Below, piece by piece: positions 49,026 through 59,467 of a stretch of DNA of 64,000 nucleotides. Within the stretch, counting starts at the first letter, position 1. Each line of letters opens with the position of its first letter. The notes under the pieces were generated by a model that saw only the letters and a list, made by a program, of their open reading frames with translations, had not been told where the DNA came from and searched no databases. The DNA is from Bacteroidaceae bacterium. GTDB lineage: Bacteria > Bacteroidota > Bacteroidia > Bacteroidales > Bacteroidaceae. The DNA lies in NCBI GenBank assembly GCA_045588485.1, contig JAZNEI010000039.1, forward strand, positions 9,765 to 73,764, in the 5' to 3' direction. The translations under genes were made by a program, and so were the position numbers.

Positions 49026-49736
49026 TCAATGCTGCTGAAGCACAAAGAATGCTATTACGGGAATTGCAGCAAAAGTACCATAAAGCACCATCAGCAACAG
49101 GTGGATATCCGATACAAGATAACCGCTTTTTGTGTATTGTGTAGAAATCCAGTCTCGTCCACCGGCATTTCGTATCTTATTACATATAAACTTATAGAGT
49201 TTATACATAAACCCTCCTGTTATCACACCTACAATAATACCTCCAAGAATATCTCCCGGATAATGTACACCTAAATATATTCTTGAATAACAATTTATCA
49301 TTGCCCAGATAAATAAAGAGAATGATAATGCCTTGTTTCGCATCAACAACATTATAAATGTGGCTATTCCAAACGAGTTTGCAGCATGACTCGACATAAA
49401 GCCGTATGCTGCACATCTATAGCCATTTACAACATCAACTATATACATCAGTTCGGGGTCGCGTGTGGGACGGAACCTTTCGAACAGTGGCTTGCATATT
49501 GTCGATGTCACTCCATCGGTAATAACAAAAATCAAAGTAATTGTTACCAACAGTATAAGGAATGTCTTTATGTTATTGTTCTTTATAAGCACATACAACA
49601 ATATGACTGCTAAAGGTATCCACACCATCGTTGTGGTATAAACGGTCATACAGCCATCCCAGAACAGCGATTCACTGCCGTTCAATGTAAGTAGCAGATA
49701 TTTATCTGCCTCTATGAGTTTTTCAAAATCAAACAT
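49026..49736 (-). CDS. PAP2-family phosphatase (membrane)
   Basis: Start moved to MFDFEKLIEAD to remove the overlap with batE. Acid-phosphatase motifs KPLFERFRP, SSHAAN and GVHYPGD. Confidence 0.8.
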   Translation of the reverse strand: MFDFEKLIEADKYLLLTLNGSESLFWDGCMTVYTTTMVWIPLAVILLYVLIKNNNIKTFLILLVTITLIFVITDGVTSTICKPLFERFRPTRDPELMYIVDVVNGYRCAAYGFMSSHAANSFGIATFIMLLMRNKALSFSLFIWAMINCYSRIYLGVHYPGDILGGIIVGVITGGFMYKLYKFICNKIRNAGGRDWISTQYTKSGYLVSDIHLLLMVLYGTFAAIPVIAFFVLQQH

Positions 49737-49758
49737 TCCCCTTTTTAAATAGTACTTA

Positions 49759-50514
49759 TCAAATAATCTCGAGTGAACTTGCAGGCACCCAACCCACGGT
49801 ACCATCTTCGAGCTCAATCTCTTTCCACTCTTTCATAGAATCATCGCACACTTTTACCTTACGTCCCTCATGTATCACAAAAAGGCTGGTTCCCGAGTTG
49901 TCAGGAGTACTCTTTGCCGTAACAGTGGGCGACATTACTATTGCCATATCTCTTGAAGTGAGGTTAGAATAGTGGCTCATTGCTGCATAATTTGAAAACA
50001 GAGTAATAATAAGCATCAATACCGAGCATCCCATAGCTGTCTTACGTAATGCAACAGACTTTCCAAAGAATAGCAAAAGCAACATTATAAGCATGACCAC
50101 AAACGAACCTATCGCAATATAAGCCCAACTGCCCATACTTGCAATATTCAAAAGGCCCTCTATCCACTCGGTCAAAAATAGTCGGAAGCCCTCATCTACT
50201 TTATCCACAGCCTTGCTCCGTGCAAGTTCAAGATTAAAACGTATGTCATTGTCCGATGGGTCGAGTTGCAGAGCACGTTCATAGTTTAGTATTGCCTTTC
50301 CTATCTCCGATGACTTGTAATAGGCATTTCCAAGATTATAATATACCTCGGGAGCTATACCCTGATTGGCAAGAAGAGCTTCGTACACCTCTATTGCAGC
50401 CGGATAGTCGCCTTTTGCGTATGCACTATCACCTATTTCCTTATTTATGGTACCCACCTGAGCTGTTGAGACACAGGGGATAAGCATCAGTAAAAAATAT
50501 ATGATTGATTTCAT
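49759..50514 (-). CDS. batE: BatE-like TPR plus SH3-domain protein
   Basis: 251 aa with a signal peptide, TPRs, TM segments and a C-terminal SH3b-like end (WKEIELEDGTVGWVP). It is the last gene of the Bat operon. Confidence 0.7.
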   Translation of the reverse strand: MKSIIYFLLMLIPCVSTAQVGTINKEIGDSAYAKGDYPAAIEVYEALLANQGIAPEVYYNLGNAYYKSSEIGKAILNYERALQLDPSDNDIRFNLELARSKAVDKVDEGFRLFLTEWIEGLLNIASMGSWAYIAIGSFVVMLIMLLLLFFGKSVALRKTAMGCSVLMLIITLFSNYAAMSHYSNLTSRDMAIVMSPTVTAKSTPDNSGTSLFVIHEGRKVKVCDDSMKEWKEIELEDGTVGWVPASSLEII

Positions 50515-50519
50515 ATTCT

Positions 50520-52352
50520 TTATTTCTTTATTGTATTCTCCATTTTGCCTATTATATCCATTGCCTTTTTGTAGACATTATCCATAGCCGCAGCAGCATC
50601 TCCGGGAGCATAACGGGCAAACTCACACTCGTTAAGGATGGCTTCGAGTTCTGCTATAATCTCGGCACTAACCTGTTTGGCCGAAAGTTCGACAGCAACA
50701 TTATCTTTAGTAAGACGAGATACCGGAATATTAAGTTTATCACTCAAATATCCCCATAAGGCTTTAAGAATCTCATCGTAGAATTGTTCCTTATTGTTCT
50801 CTTTTAACAATTTCTGCGATACTTTCAAGCGCTTCACTGCTATACGGTTGGCTTTCTTTGTACGTAATCCCGATATATCGGCATTATCTCGCATCTGTTT
50901 GTGGTACAACATTATACATATTACAAATAGCAGTAGAGGAACAATATAGCAAAGCCAATATATTGTAGATGCAAAGAAATATTCATCTTTTTTCTGCAGT
51001 TTGGCATCGCCTGCTTTCATGTAACGAATGTCTTGACCAAGCATTTTAAGCTCCTCTTTGCTGACAAAGGATGCAACTGTCTCGTTACTACCCTCTTTGC
51101 CCTTTGCTACATTCAGTGTATAGCTCTCGGTCTCTATAGTCTTATACTCTTTGCTCTGGGTATCGAAATAAGAGAATTTCAGTGCCGGGATTGTGTACTC
51201 GCCCGGTTGACGGGGAATAGCAAGATACTCTATAACTTTCTCGCCCTGGAATCCCTGATTTGTAAGTTTAAAACGGTTCTCAATCTTTGGGTCATAAAGT
51301 TCGAAACTCTCGGGGAACTCAATCTCGGGAGTCTTGATGAGTTTCATATTGCCCACACCCGAAATAACCAGACGCAACGTTACCGCCTCGTTTGCTTTCA
51401 GCTCATTAGTGCTTAATGAGGATTTTACATTGAAACGTCCCACACCACCCGAAAATCCAGCCGGTTTGCCCGAAGGAAGCGCATTAACATTCAATTTCAG
51501 GGGTGCGGTGCGCAGTTTCTTCTTCACATCAATATATCTTGAACCTCCATTGAAGAAGAAGTCAAACGGGTCACCACCCTGCATTCTTGTCTCCATTGCC
51601 GCTACTGCGTCGAACTCTATCGACGGAATAATAATCTCGCCACTTTTCTGTGGAAAGAGTACAAACTGCTGCCAGGTATAAACAGCATAATTGCGGCCGT
51701 TATAATGCTCGATATCGGCATTCTTATTCTGTGGGAGGTCGACACTCTGCAATACACAATCTTTAATATCTATATTGGGAGTATTCAGACTCGATAGGTT
51801 TACCAGGGTGTATGCCTTGAAAGTGAGCAGTAGCGCCTCTTGCTCATATACTGTTGTCTTATTGACAGTTGCACGCATGAACAATTCTTCATCGGTAATA
51901 TTTACCGACGATGAGCCGGAGCCTCTGCTATCACGATTCGAACGGTTGCTTGACGCTTTTGCAGCCTTATCGGGTGGCAACACCTTTACTGATGCTGTAT
52001 TTGATGAATATTTTTTTCCGTCTACCTCGATAGTAGCAGCTGGAAGCGTAAATGTACCCTCTTTATCGGCTGCAAGTGTATAGGTAAATGTTATAGTATA
52101 TACAGTCTCTGTTACACCATTTATTGTATTCTGAGACATATAACTCGAACGGTAAGGCCCTGCCAACTCCTGAAAATCATTGAATGTGACAGTAGGATTC
52201 TTTACATTACCGCGATTTACCTTATAGCTGACGTTGAAATTCTGTCCTGCTACTACTGTTTTAGGTGCTGAAATCACGAACGACACCTCATCGGCAAAGG
52301 CTGTCGCCGATATTAATATTATTCCTATTATTGCAAAAAGTACTCTTTTCAT
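50520..52352 (-). CDS. batD: BatD-like oxygen-tolerance protein
   Basis: 610 aa with a signal peptide, repeated beta-rich domains and a late TM helix. Position and size match BatD. Confidence 0.75.
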   Translation of the reverse strand: MKRVLFAIIGIILISATAFADEVSFVISAPKTVVAGQNFNVSYKVNRGNVKNPTVTFNDFQELAGPYRSSYMSQNTINGVTETVYTITFTYTLAADKEGTFTLPAATIEVDGKKYSSNTASVKVLPPDKAAKASSNRSNRDSRGSGSSSVNITDEELFMRATVNKTTVYEQEALLLTFKAYTLVNLSSLNTPNIDIKDCVLQSVDLPQNKNADIEHYNGRNYAVYTWQQFVLFPQKSGEIIIPSIEFDAVAAMETRMQGGDPFDFFFNGGSRYIDVKKKLRTAPLKLNVNALPSGKPAGFSGGVGRFNVKSSLSTNELKANEAVTLRLVISGVGNMKLIKTPEIEFPESFELYDPKIENRFKLTNQGFQGEKVIEYLAIPRQPGEYTIPALKFSYFDTQSKEYKTIETESYTLNVAKGKEGSNETVASFVSKEELKMLGQDIRYMKAGDAKLQKKDEYFFASTIYWLCYIVPLLLFVICIMLYHKQMRDNADISGLRTKKANRIAVKRLKVSQKLLKENNKEQFYDEILKALWGYLSDKLNIPVSRLTKDNVAVELSAKQVSAEIIAELEAILNECEFARYAPGDAAAAMDNVYKKAMDIIGKMENTIKK

Positions 52353-52439
52353 CTTTACTTCTGAAATATTTTGCGAATATAGTACAAACTGATGAACTTT
52401 ATCGTTTTTTTATCGCTCAACTGATACCTGTAATTGTTT

Positions 52440-53216
52440 TTACCAATCTTTTTCTAATTTTTTACCTTTCAACTGCAATAATTTCTTCACTTTCTCTTGT
52501 ACATCTTTCTCGTCCTGCATCGCAGCCTCTAACAACTGCTTGGCATTCTCTTTGGACATCTGCTCTTGCTGCTGCTCTTGCTGTTGCTGGTCCTGATTCT
52601 GCTGCTCTTGCTGTTGCTGGTTCTGATTCTGCTGCTCTTGCTGTTGCTGGTCTTGATTCTGCTGCTCTTGCTGCTGTTGGTCCTGATTCTGCTGCTCTTG
52701 CTGCTGGTCTTGATTCTGCTGCTCTTGCTGTTGGTCCTGATTCTGCTGCTCTTGTTGTTGGTCCTGATTCTGTTGCTCTTGCTGCTTAAGTTGGCTCATA
52801 GCCAATGCAAGATTATAGCGTGTTTCATCATCATTGGGATTATTTCTCAATGACTGCTTGTATGCTTCTACTGCATTTTTATAGTCCTTTGCTGCCTGCA
52901 TAAGCACTCCGGTATTGTGATATACCTGTGCCAAACGGTCCTTATCGGTCTCATACATTGCTGCAAGCTCATACTCTTTCAAAGCCTCTTCACCCTTATT
53001 CTGGAAAAGCAAAGCATTGGCAAGGTTAAAATGAGCATCTGCATCTTTACCGTCTTTTTCTATGGCTTTGCGATACTCTACTTCCGACTTGTCATATACA
53101 CTATCTGCATAAATTTTATTACCGCTTCTGAGATGTTCGCGGTAGCTTCTCTGCGCTGTTACTGAAGCAAAAGACAGCACCATCAGTGCAAGGAATAAAT
53201 ATCTTATTTTAAACAT
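52440..53216 (-). CDS. batC: BatC-like TPR protein with a Q/E/N-rich repeat linker
   Basis: 258 aa with a signal peptide and TPRs, then about 8 copies of (Q)QQEQQNQD and a basic C-terminus. Confidence 0.75.
   Translation of the reverse strand: MFKIRYLFLALMVLSFASVTAQRSYREHLRSGNKIYADSVYDKSEVEYRKAIEKDGKDADAHFNLANALLFQNKGEEALKEYELAAMYETDKDRLAQVYHNTGVLMQAAKDYKNAVEAYKQSLRNNPNDDETRYNLALAMSQLKQQEQQNQDQQQEQQNQDQQQEQQNQDQQQEQQNQDQQQQEQQNQDQQQQEQQNQNQQQQEQQNQDQQQQEQQQEQMSKENAKQLLEAAMQDEKDVQEKVKKLLQLKGKKLEKDW
52563..52786. repeat. In-frame 27/30-bp tandem repeats inside batC
   Basis: ctgctcttgctg(t/c)tgctggtcctgattctg units are read directly. They encode QQEQQNQD repeats on the minus strand. Confidence 0.9.
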
Positions 53217-53222
53217 ATTAGA

Positions 53223-54248
53223 TTATTTTCGTTCGTCAAAAAGTTTAATATTGCGTGTAAATCGGCTCTTGCCGGGTAAAAGCAAAATATCCAATATAAG
53301 TGCAATCAGTGCAATCCAGGCAATGAACTCGAACTGTTCGTTGTACTCGCTGTAAACCTCGGTTGTAACATCGGCTTTGGCTAATTTATCTATCTCTTTC
53401 AGCAATAGTTTCTGAGCATTATTGGTGTTGTCTACTCTTATGTAGGCACCACCACCTGCCTTTGCTATCTGTTGACCCATCTCCTCGTTCAGCCTTGTCA
53501 TTACAACATTGCCGTTTTTGTCCTTACGAAACTCATTGGGTTTTCCTGTGGGTATGGGAGCGCCGTCGGTAGTACCTACACCTAACATATAAACATTCAT
53601 ACCCTTCTCGGCTGCTGCTTTTGCAGCCTCTTCGGCACCACCCTCATGATTCTCGCCATCGGTAATGACAATAATAGCTTTACCGACCTCCTCATTTGGA
53701 GTAAAACTCTTCATTGCCATATTGATAGCAGCACCAATATCAGTACCCTGACGCGAAATAAGCTCGGGAGTTATACTCTCCAGGAACATTTTTGCCGATA
53801 TAAAGTCGTTTGTAATAGGAAGCTGTACAAATGCATCTCCTGCAAAGACAATGAGTCCTACCTTGTCGTTATCGAATTTATCAATGAGCTTCGATATTAT
53901 ATTTTTGGCCTTCTCTAAACGGTTAGGGGCAATATCCTCGGCGAGCATCGAGTTGGAGATATCGAGTGCAATTACTGTTTCAATACCCTGGCGTGTTACA
54001 CTCTCTTTCTTGGAACCGAATTGCGGACGTGCAAGAACAACAATAAGCATCGCCAATGCAACAAACGACAACCAGAATTTTATGGCAGGACGAACAGATG
54101 AAACATCGGGCATAAGTTTCTCGACCAGCCGAGATTCGCCATAAGCTTTAAGGTTTTTATCTCTCTTGTAATTAGAGTAGATATATACTGCCAACAATGC
54201 TCCAAGCAGTATAAAAAGATAAAAGAATTCGGGATTTGCAAATTTCAT
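53223..54248 (-). CDS. batB: VWA-domain membrane protein BatB
   Basis: 341 aa with N-terminal TM helices, the VWA MIDAS motif (DISNSM) and a C-terminal TM helix. Confidence 0.85.
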   Translation of the reverse strand: MKFANPEFFYLFILLGALLAVYIYSNYKRDKNLKAYGESRLVEKLMPDVSSVRPAIKFWLSFVALAMLIVVLARPQFGSKKESVTRQGIETVIALDISNSMLAEDIAPNRLEKAKNIISKLIDKFDNDKVGLIVFAGDAFVQLPITNDFISAKMFLESITPELISRQGTDIGAAINMAMKSFTPNEEVGKAIIVITDGENHEGGAEEAAKAAAEKGMNVYMLGVGTTDGAPIPTGKPNEFRKDKNGNVVMTRLNEEMGQQIAKAGGGAYIRVDNTNNAQKLLLKEIDKLAKADVTTEVYSEYNEQFEFIAWIALIALILDILLLPGKSRFTRNIKLFDERK

Positions 54249-54260
54249 AACTACTCTACT

Positions 54261-55250
54261 TTACGGTATTCTCTTCAATATTGTGTTACGCAACATAATC
54301 TCTACCAAAAGAGCTGCGAATGCTATTATAGCAAAAATAAGATACTCCTCTTCGCGTGTAGAAAACTCTTTGACATTCAGCTTGGTACGTTCAAGTTTAT
54401 CTATCTGTTCATAAACCTCTTTCAGTTTGGTGTTGCTTGTTGCTCTGTAGTAATCGCCATCGGTAATATCGGCAATCTTATTAAGAGTATTCTCGTCTAT
54501 CTCTACGGGAACATTTATAACCTGACCGCCATAATAGGGATAAGGAGCTTCACCGTTTTTTCCTACACCAATCGTATAGACTCTTACACCAAATTGTTTG
54601 GCAATTTCGGCCGACATTTCGGGTGAAATCTCACCGCTGTTGTTCGAACCATCAGTAAGCAATATAATCACTTTAGATTTGGCCTTGCTATCCTTCAGGC
54701 GGCTTACAGCATTGGCAATACCCATTCCAATGGCTGTACCATCTTCAATTATTCCTTCTGCCGCAATATCGCACTTCACCGAGTTTAGCATATTCAACAA
54801 CACCGAGTGATCTATTGTCAAGGGACATTGTGTAAAGCTCTCGCCGGCAAAGATGGTAAGACCGATATTATCGTTCGGGCGGCCATTGATGAACTCGGCA
54901 GCCACCTGCTTGGCAGCCTCTATTCTGTTGGGTTTAAAATCCATAGCCAACATACTTGTAGAAACGTCCATAGCCAACATTATATCTATTCCCTCTACTT
55001 CGGTATTCTGCCAACGGTTGGTCGACTGAGGACGTGCAAGCACGATTATCACCATCGAGATAGTTATTACACGTAATACGAATGGTAGGTGCAAAAGATA
55101 ATTCTTATAGCTTTTTACACCTTTCAGATATGGCAATGCCGTTGATACTTTCATCGACGGGTTGGCGTGTCGCCCCTTTAGAATATACCATACGATATAT
55201 CCTATAAGCGGTATAAACAGAAGCAGATAGCCTATATTAAGTAGAACCAT
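54261..55250 (-). CDS. batA: VWA-domain membrane protein BatA
   Basis: 329 aa with two N-terminal TM helices, VWA MIDAS (DVSTSM) and a C-terminal TM helix. Confidence 0.85.
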   Translation of the reverse strand: MVLLNIGYLLLFIPLIGYIVWYILKGRHANPSMKVSTALPYLKGVKSYKNYLLHLPFVLRVITISMVIIVLARPQSTNRWQNTEVEGIDIMLAMDVSTSMLAMDFKPNRIEAAKQVAAEFINGRPNDNIGLTIFAGESFTQCPLTIDHSVLLNMLNSVKCDIAAEGIIEDGTAIGMGIANAVSRLKDSKAKSKVIILLTDGSNNSGEISPEMSAEIAKQFGVRVYTIGVGKNGEAPYPYYGGQVINVPVEIDENTLNKIADITDGDYYRATSNTKLKEVYEQIDKLERTKLNVKEFSTREEEYLIFAIIAFAALLVEIMLRNTILKRIP

Positions 55251-55256
55251 ATTCTA

Positions 55257-56327
55257 TTATATAAAAATATTGTACAAATCCATTATCAGCAACACAAGCA
55301 GCACTATCGACATAGCCGACAGCAGTGCAATACCGGCAAGCAACAGATGTTTCTCCCTCGCCGAACGCTTATTCACCACACGAAGTTCGGTTGGCTTTTG
55401 CGCCTCTTCTCCTGTATCAGACTTTGTGCTTTCTACAAATTCAATAATTCCCATCAGACTACGGTCGTTCTCGTTCATGGGTGGATTATACTTTGCAAAC
55501 TTCACAAGGTCGGCTGTAGAAAGAATTTCTTGTAACTCTCTAATAGCATCTTTATCAACATGTTTCTTAAGACTATCGAGTATCTCATCGCTTGTCATCT
55601 CTGTTGCATTGATTCCGAATCGCTCATTCATATACTGACGCAAAGCATCTGTTATGGCAGTGTAGAACTCTTTATAGTTGCTCATACTGCGCCAATCGGT
55701 GTCATTTTTTATTCTCTCAAGTTCATTTATTGCAGCAACGTGAGCAGGAATCTTTGGAGCAATCTTAATTATCCTTATTATAGGTTTATTATTGCGATAT
55801 GAGATAATAACCCATACAAGGGCAGCTACAAAAATAATCAGCAGAACCGAGTAGATAACACTGTGCTTTACATCCTGCCATTCGAGTGGAATCTGCCAGA
55901 TATCTTTCGGACCGAAAAATTGGTCGACATTTGCCGTATCTACAGGAAATGTGTAAACGGCCATAGCCAACTCCTGTGAATAGTAGGAATCGTCCTCTAC
56001 CACTACTTCAAAAGGCGGAATTACATATAGTGCTGTATCAAAGGATGTTACGGTGTACTCTTGCGTTACCGAAAAACGTTTGCCATCATTGAGCGCAACT
56101 GTGTCTATGCTACGTTCCAATATCTCGACACCTTTTACAATCTCCTTGTCAAAGGCTGGCATAACAAGACGCTTGTCGGCATCGCAGCTGACAACCAACT
56201 TTATCTTTGCCTGTTGTCCTATAAAGCGCTGAACCGAGTCTATCTCGGCATTTACGATAACACTCTGTGCCTGCACCGAGGTAAAGAGCATCGACAACAA
56301 AAACAATATAGAAAATATTCTCTTCAT
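55257..56327 (-). CDS. Membrane protein of the Bat operon (BatD-like N-terminus, DUF4381-like centre)
   Basis: 356 aa with a signal peptide, a central TM helix (VIYSVLLIIFVAALVWVII) and a C-terminal TM helix. It occupies the slot between the DUF58 and batA genes. Confidence 0.55.
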   Translation of the reverse strand: MKRIFSILFLLSMLFTSVQAQSVIVNAEIDSVQRFIGQQAKIKLVVSCDADKRLVMPAFDKEIVKGVEILERSIDTVALNDGKRFSVTQEYTVTSFDTALYVIPPFEVVVEDDSYYSQELAMAVYTFPVDTANVDQFFGPKDIWQIPLEWQDVKHSVIYSVLLIIFVAALVWVIISYRNNKPIIRIIKIAPKIPAHVAAINELERIKNDTDWRSMSNYKEFYTAITDALRQYMNERFGINATEMTSDEILDSLKKHVDKDAIRELQEILSTADLVKFAKYNPPMNENDRSLMGIIEFVESTKSDTGEEAQKPTELRVVNKRSAREKHLLLAGIALLSAMSIVLLVLLIMDLYNIFI

Positions 56328-56369
56328 TTATCTGCAATCACTTATAATAAGTTTCTGATATTACAGTAA

Positions 56370-57239
56370 TTAACCACGCTGTGCAAACAGTGTCATAAGA
56401 GCTTTGACATAATCCTCATCGGTACGTACCGAAACAGAATCTACCCTGCTCTTTTTTAGAATAACCGAAAGTGTCTCGCGTTGCTGCTGCCACCACTCGC
56501 GCTGTGCTCTCTGCACCTTCGCCGATGAGGTATCGATATACATCTCTTGCCCAGTTTCGGCATCCATCACCTTCATAAGACCTATGCTCGGTAATTCAAC
56601 CAATCGACGATCGTATACCTGCAAGGCAACAACATCGTGTTTCCGATTGGCTATGGTTAATGCATTCTGATAATCAGGTTCGGATATGAAATCACTCATT
56701 ATAAACGCAGTACAACGTTTCTTTAAAGCATTGGTCAAGAACTCAAGCGGTACTTTTATATCGGTCTTTCCACTTTGTGGCTCAAAGTTCAGCAGCTCGC
56801 GAATGATATAAAGAATATGCTTTCTGCCCTTTTGAGGCGGTATAAATTTCTCTATTCTATCCGAGAAGAATATCACACCAATCTTATCGTTATTCTGTAT
56901 TGCAGCAAAAGCAATGGTGGCTGCAATCTCGGTAATCATATCTCGTTTGGTCTGTTTCACTGTACCAAAATCAAGACTGTTCGACACGTCGATAAGCAAC
57001 ATCACAGTAAGCTCACGCTCCTCTTCAAAGACCTTTACGTATGGTTTATTGAAACGCGCAGTCACATTCCAGTCGATATCGCGCATATCATCGCCATACT
57101 GATACTCTCGCACCTCGCTGAAGGACATACCACGACCTTTAAAGGCACTATGGTACTGTCCTGCAAAAATATTGTAGGACAGTCCTCGGGTCTTTATCTC
57201 AATCTTACGTACTCTCTTTATAAGCTCCGTGGTCTCCAT
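56370..57239 (-). CDS. DUF58-domain protein (MoxR partner)
   Basis: 289 aa. FAGQYHSAFKGRGMSFSEVREYQYGDDMRDIDWN is the hallmark DUF58 motif. Confidence 0.85.
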   Translation of the reverse strand: METTELIKRVRKIEIKTRGLSYNIFAGQYHSAFKGRGMSFSEVREYQYGDDMRDIDWNVTARFNKPYVKVFEEERELTVMLLIDVSNSLDFGTVKQTKRDMITEIAATIAFAAIQNNDKIGVIFFSDRIEKFIPPQKGRKHILYIIRELLNFEPQSGKTDIKVPLEFLTNALKKRCTAFIMSDFISEPDYQNALTIANRKHDVVALQVYDRRLVELPSIGLMKVMDAETGQEMYIDTSSAKVQRAQREWWQQQRETLSVILKKSRVDSVSVRTDEDYVKALMTLFAQRG

Positions 57240-57248
57240 ATACAGTAA

Positions 57249-58244
57249 TTAGGGCACCTCGACTTTATTCAGTATCTGACTTACTATTTCATCTGATGTC
57301 ATATTGCTTGCCTCGGCCTCGTAACTGAGTCCTATTCTGTGACGCAACACGTCATGGGCAACAGCACGTACGTCCTCGGGGATTACATATCCGCGACGTT
57401 TTATGAAAGCGTAGGCGCGTGCAGCCAATGCAAGGTTTATCGACGCACGGGGCGAACCTCCGAAAGCAATCATATCTTTAAGTTCTTTCATTCCATACTT
57501 ATCGGGATAACGTGTTGCGAATACGATATCAGCAATATACTGCTCTATTTTCTCATCCAGATAGACTTTGCGCACCACCTTGCGTGCCTCGATAATCTCC
57601 TTAGGTTCAAGGATAGGACGAACGGTAACTTTCTCACCTGTGATGTTCTGACGTATGATGCGTTTCTCCTCTGAAAGTTCGGGATAACCGATAACTACTT
57701 TCAGCATAAAACGGTCGACCTGTGCCTCGGGCAGAGGATAGGTGCCCTCCTGCTCTATCGGGTTCTGTGTGGCAAGGACAAGGAAAGGCTCGGGAAGAGA
57801 GAATGTCTCTTTGCCTATTGTCACTTGGCGTTCTTGCATAGCCTCTAGTAAGGCACTCTGTACCTTTGCCGGAGCACGGTTTATCTCATCTGCAAGCACA
57901 AAGTTGGCAAATACGGGGCCTTTATTTGGTTTGAAAGACTCGTCTTTTTGGCTGTATACCATTGTTCCTATCACATCGGCAGGCAGAAGGTCGGGGGTAA
58001 ACTGTATACGGTTGAAGTCGGCATCAATAAGGCTCGATAAAGTCTTAATAGCCAATGTCTTTGCCAATCCCGGCACACCCTCAAGAAGTACGTGTCCGTC
58101 TGCAAGAAGTCCTATGAGCAGAGACTCTACAAGATGTTTCTGTCCAACAATAACCTGGTCCATTCCGGCCTGCAGATTGGTTACAAAACCACTCTGTCTT
58201 TCAATCATTTCGTTCAATTCACGAATGTCAATTGGTGCACTCAT
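57249..58244 (-). CDS. MoxR-family AAA+ ATPase
   Basis: 331 aa. Walker A region GVPGLAKT, DEINRAPAKVQSALLEAM and ATQNPIEQEGTYPLPEAQ. Confidence 0.95.
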   Translation of the reverse strand: MSAPIDIRELNEMIERQSGFVTNLQAGMDQVIVGQKHLVESLLIGLLADGHVLLEGVPGLAKTLAIKTLSSLIDADFNRIQFTPDLLPADVIGTMVYSQKDESFKPNKGPVFANFVLADEINRAPAKVQSALLEAMQERQVTIGKETFSLPEPFLVLATQNPIEQEGTYPLPEAQVDRFMLKVVIGYPELSEEKRIIRQNITGEKVTVRPILEPKEIIEARKVVRKVYLDEKIEQYIADIVFATRYPDKYGMKELKDMIAFGGSPRASINLALAARAYAFIKRRGYVIPEDVRAVAHDVLRHRIGLSYEAEASNMTSDEIVSQILNKVEVP

Positions 58245-58367
58245 ATTTCTATTTTTTTATAATATTTTTGCTTGTCAAAATTAAGCCTTTTCATTAACTA
58301 AACGTGTTAATTTTCTTGAAAGAGACTTAATATCTGTTTGCATTAAGCAAACTTTAACTCATTATTA

Positions 58368-59462
58368 TCATTTGCGTGGTACAAGATGTGGAATAAGCAA
58401 CTCGGTACCAATCTCTAAACTATTATAATTCTTAATACCATTATAGTTTACTATATATGGCCAGAATCGCTTGTCCTCGTAATATTTAAGCGATATTTTT
58501 GTCAACGTCTCGTCAAGTCCCACACGATGCACAGCCATTGTACCCTTTATAGAATATATCGTGGTGTCTTTTATTGTTATCTGCGCAAGAGTGAGACTGT
58601 TCATTGACTCTGTTATCACAAACTCGTCTACGACTACCGGTTGCGAAATAATAGTATCTGATGACTGCGCCTGCTTAATTGAATCATTTTCAATTAGTTT
58701 AGATGCAATATTATTGTCATGCTCTGTCTCTTTACTTTTATTCCCAAGTAAAAAGTAGAGAACAACTGCAACGATTATTATAAATAAGGTAGATAACGCT
58801 GCAAACATATATCCCTTATTGTTCTTTGACGATTCTACAGTTTGCTCTGGTTGTTTACGCTTTTCGTCAACCGATTCCTCGGGTGCAGCATCGTGCGCAG
58901 GCTCTTCTACTTGCTGTTCAACGGCTTGTTCCTCGGGTGCAGCATCGTGCGAAGGCTCTTCTACTTGCTGTTCAACGGCTTGTTCCTCGGGTACAGCATC
59001 GTGTATAGGCTCTTCTACTTGCTGTTCAACGGCTTGTTCCTCGGGTGCAGCATCGTGCGCAGGCTCTTCTACTTGCTGTTCAACGGCTTGTTCCTCGGGT
59101 ACAGCATCGTGCGCAGGCTCTTCTTCATCATCAACATAGTCATCATCAACCTCAACAGGCTCGAACATCGAAAAGGGCTGATTTATCTTGTCTTTCAATG
59201 TATCTGCAGGTAGGAATGTGAGTTTACGATGTCCTTTAATCTCTATCTTTTCACCGGTGTTTACATTGACACTTCCACGGCTTGCCACATCGACCATTTT
59301 AAATGTACCTAACCCGTTAATCTTCACGATACCATCGGTCTCTAATCCCTCGACCAAGATATCGAAAAATGCTCTTGTAAAAAGTTCGGCTTTAGATGCC
59401 GGAATATTCAGATGCTTCGAGAACAAAGCATTAAAATCGGAGTGATTCAATTTTGCATCCAT
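58368..59462 (-). CDS. HU-fold DNA-binding domain / acidic 18-aa repeats / TM helix / LysM-domain protein
   Basis: 364 aa. The N-terminus is HU/IHF-like (GIVKINGLGTFKMVDVASR...NTGEKIEIKGHRKLTF). It has 4-5 copies of EEPAHDAAPEEQAVEQQV, TM helix MFAALSTLFIIIVAVVLYFLL, and a C-terminal LysM-like domain (HRVGLDETLTKISLKYY...LEIGTELLIP). Confidence 0.7.
   Translation of the reverse strand: MDAKLNHSDFNALFSKHLNIPASKAELFTRAFFDILVEGLETDGIVKINGLGTFKMVDVASRGSVNVNTGEKIEIKGHRKLTFLPADTLKDKINQPFSMFEPVEVDDDYVDDEEEPAHDAVPEEQAVEQQVEEPAHDAAPEEQAVEQQVEEPIHDAVPEEQAVEQQVEEPSHDAAPEEQAVEQQVEEPAHDAAPEESVDEKRKQPEQTVESSKNNKGYMFAALSTLFIIIVAVVLYFLLGNKSKETEHDNNIASKLIENDSIKQAQSSDTIISQPVVVDEFVITESMNSLTLAQITIKDTTIYSIKGTMAVHRVGLDETLTKISLKYYEDKRFWPYIVNYNGIKNYNSLEIGTELLIPHLVPRK
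58877..59125. repeat. In-frame 54-bp tandem repeat (about 4.6 copies)
   Basis: Unit starts were verified at 58877, 58931, 58985, 59039 and 59093. Confidence 0.95.
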
Positions 59463-59467
59463 AAGCC

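Noticed and set aside
52265-52853. Leucine- and alanine-rich plus-strand ORFs (174 and 95 aa).
   Set aside because: They are the antisense reading of the batC Q-rich repeats and of the batD start region, so they are not independent genes.
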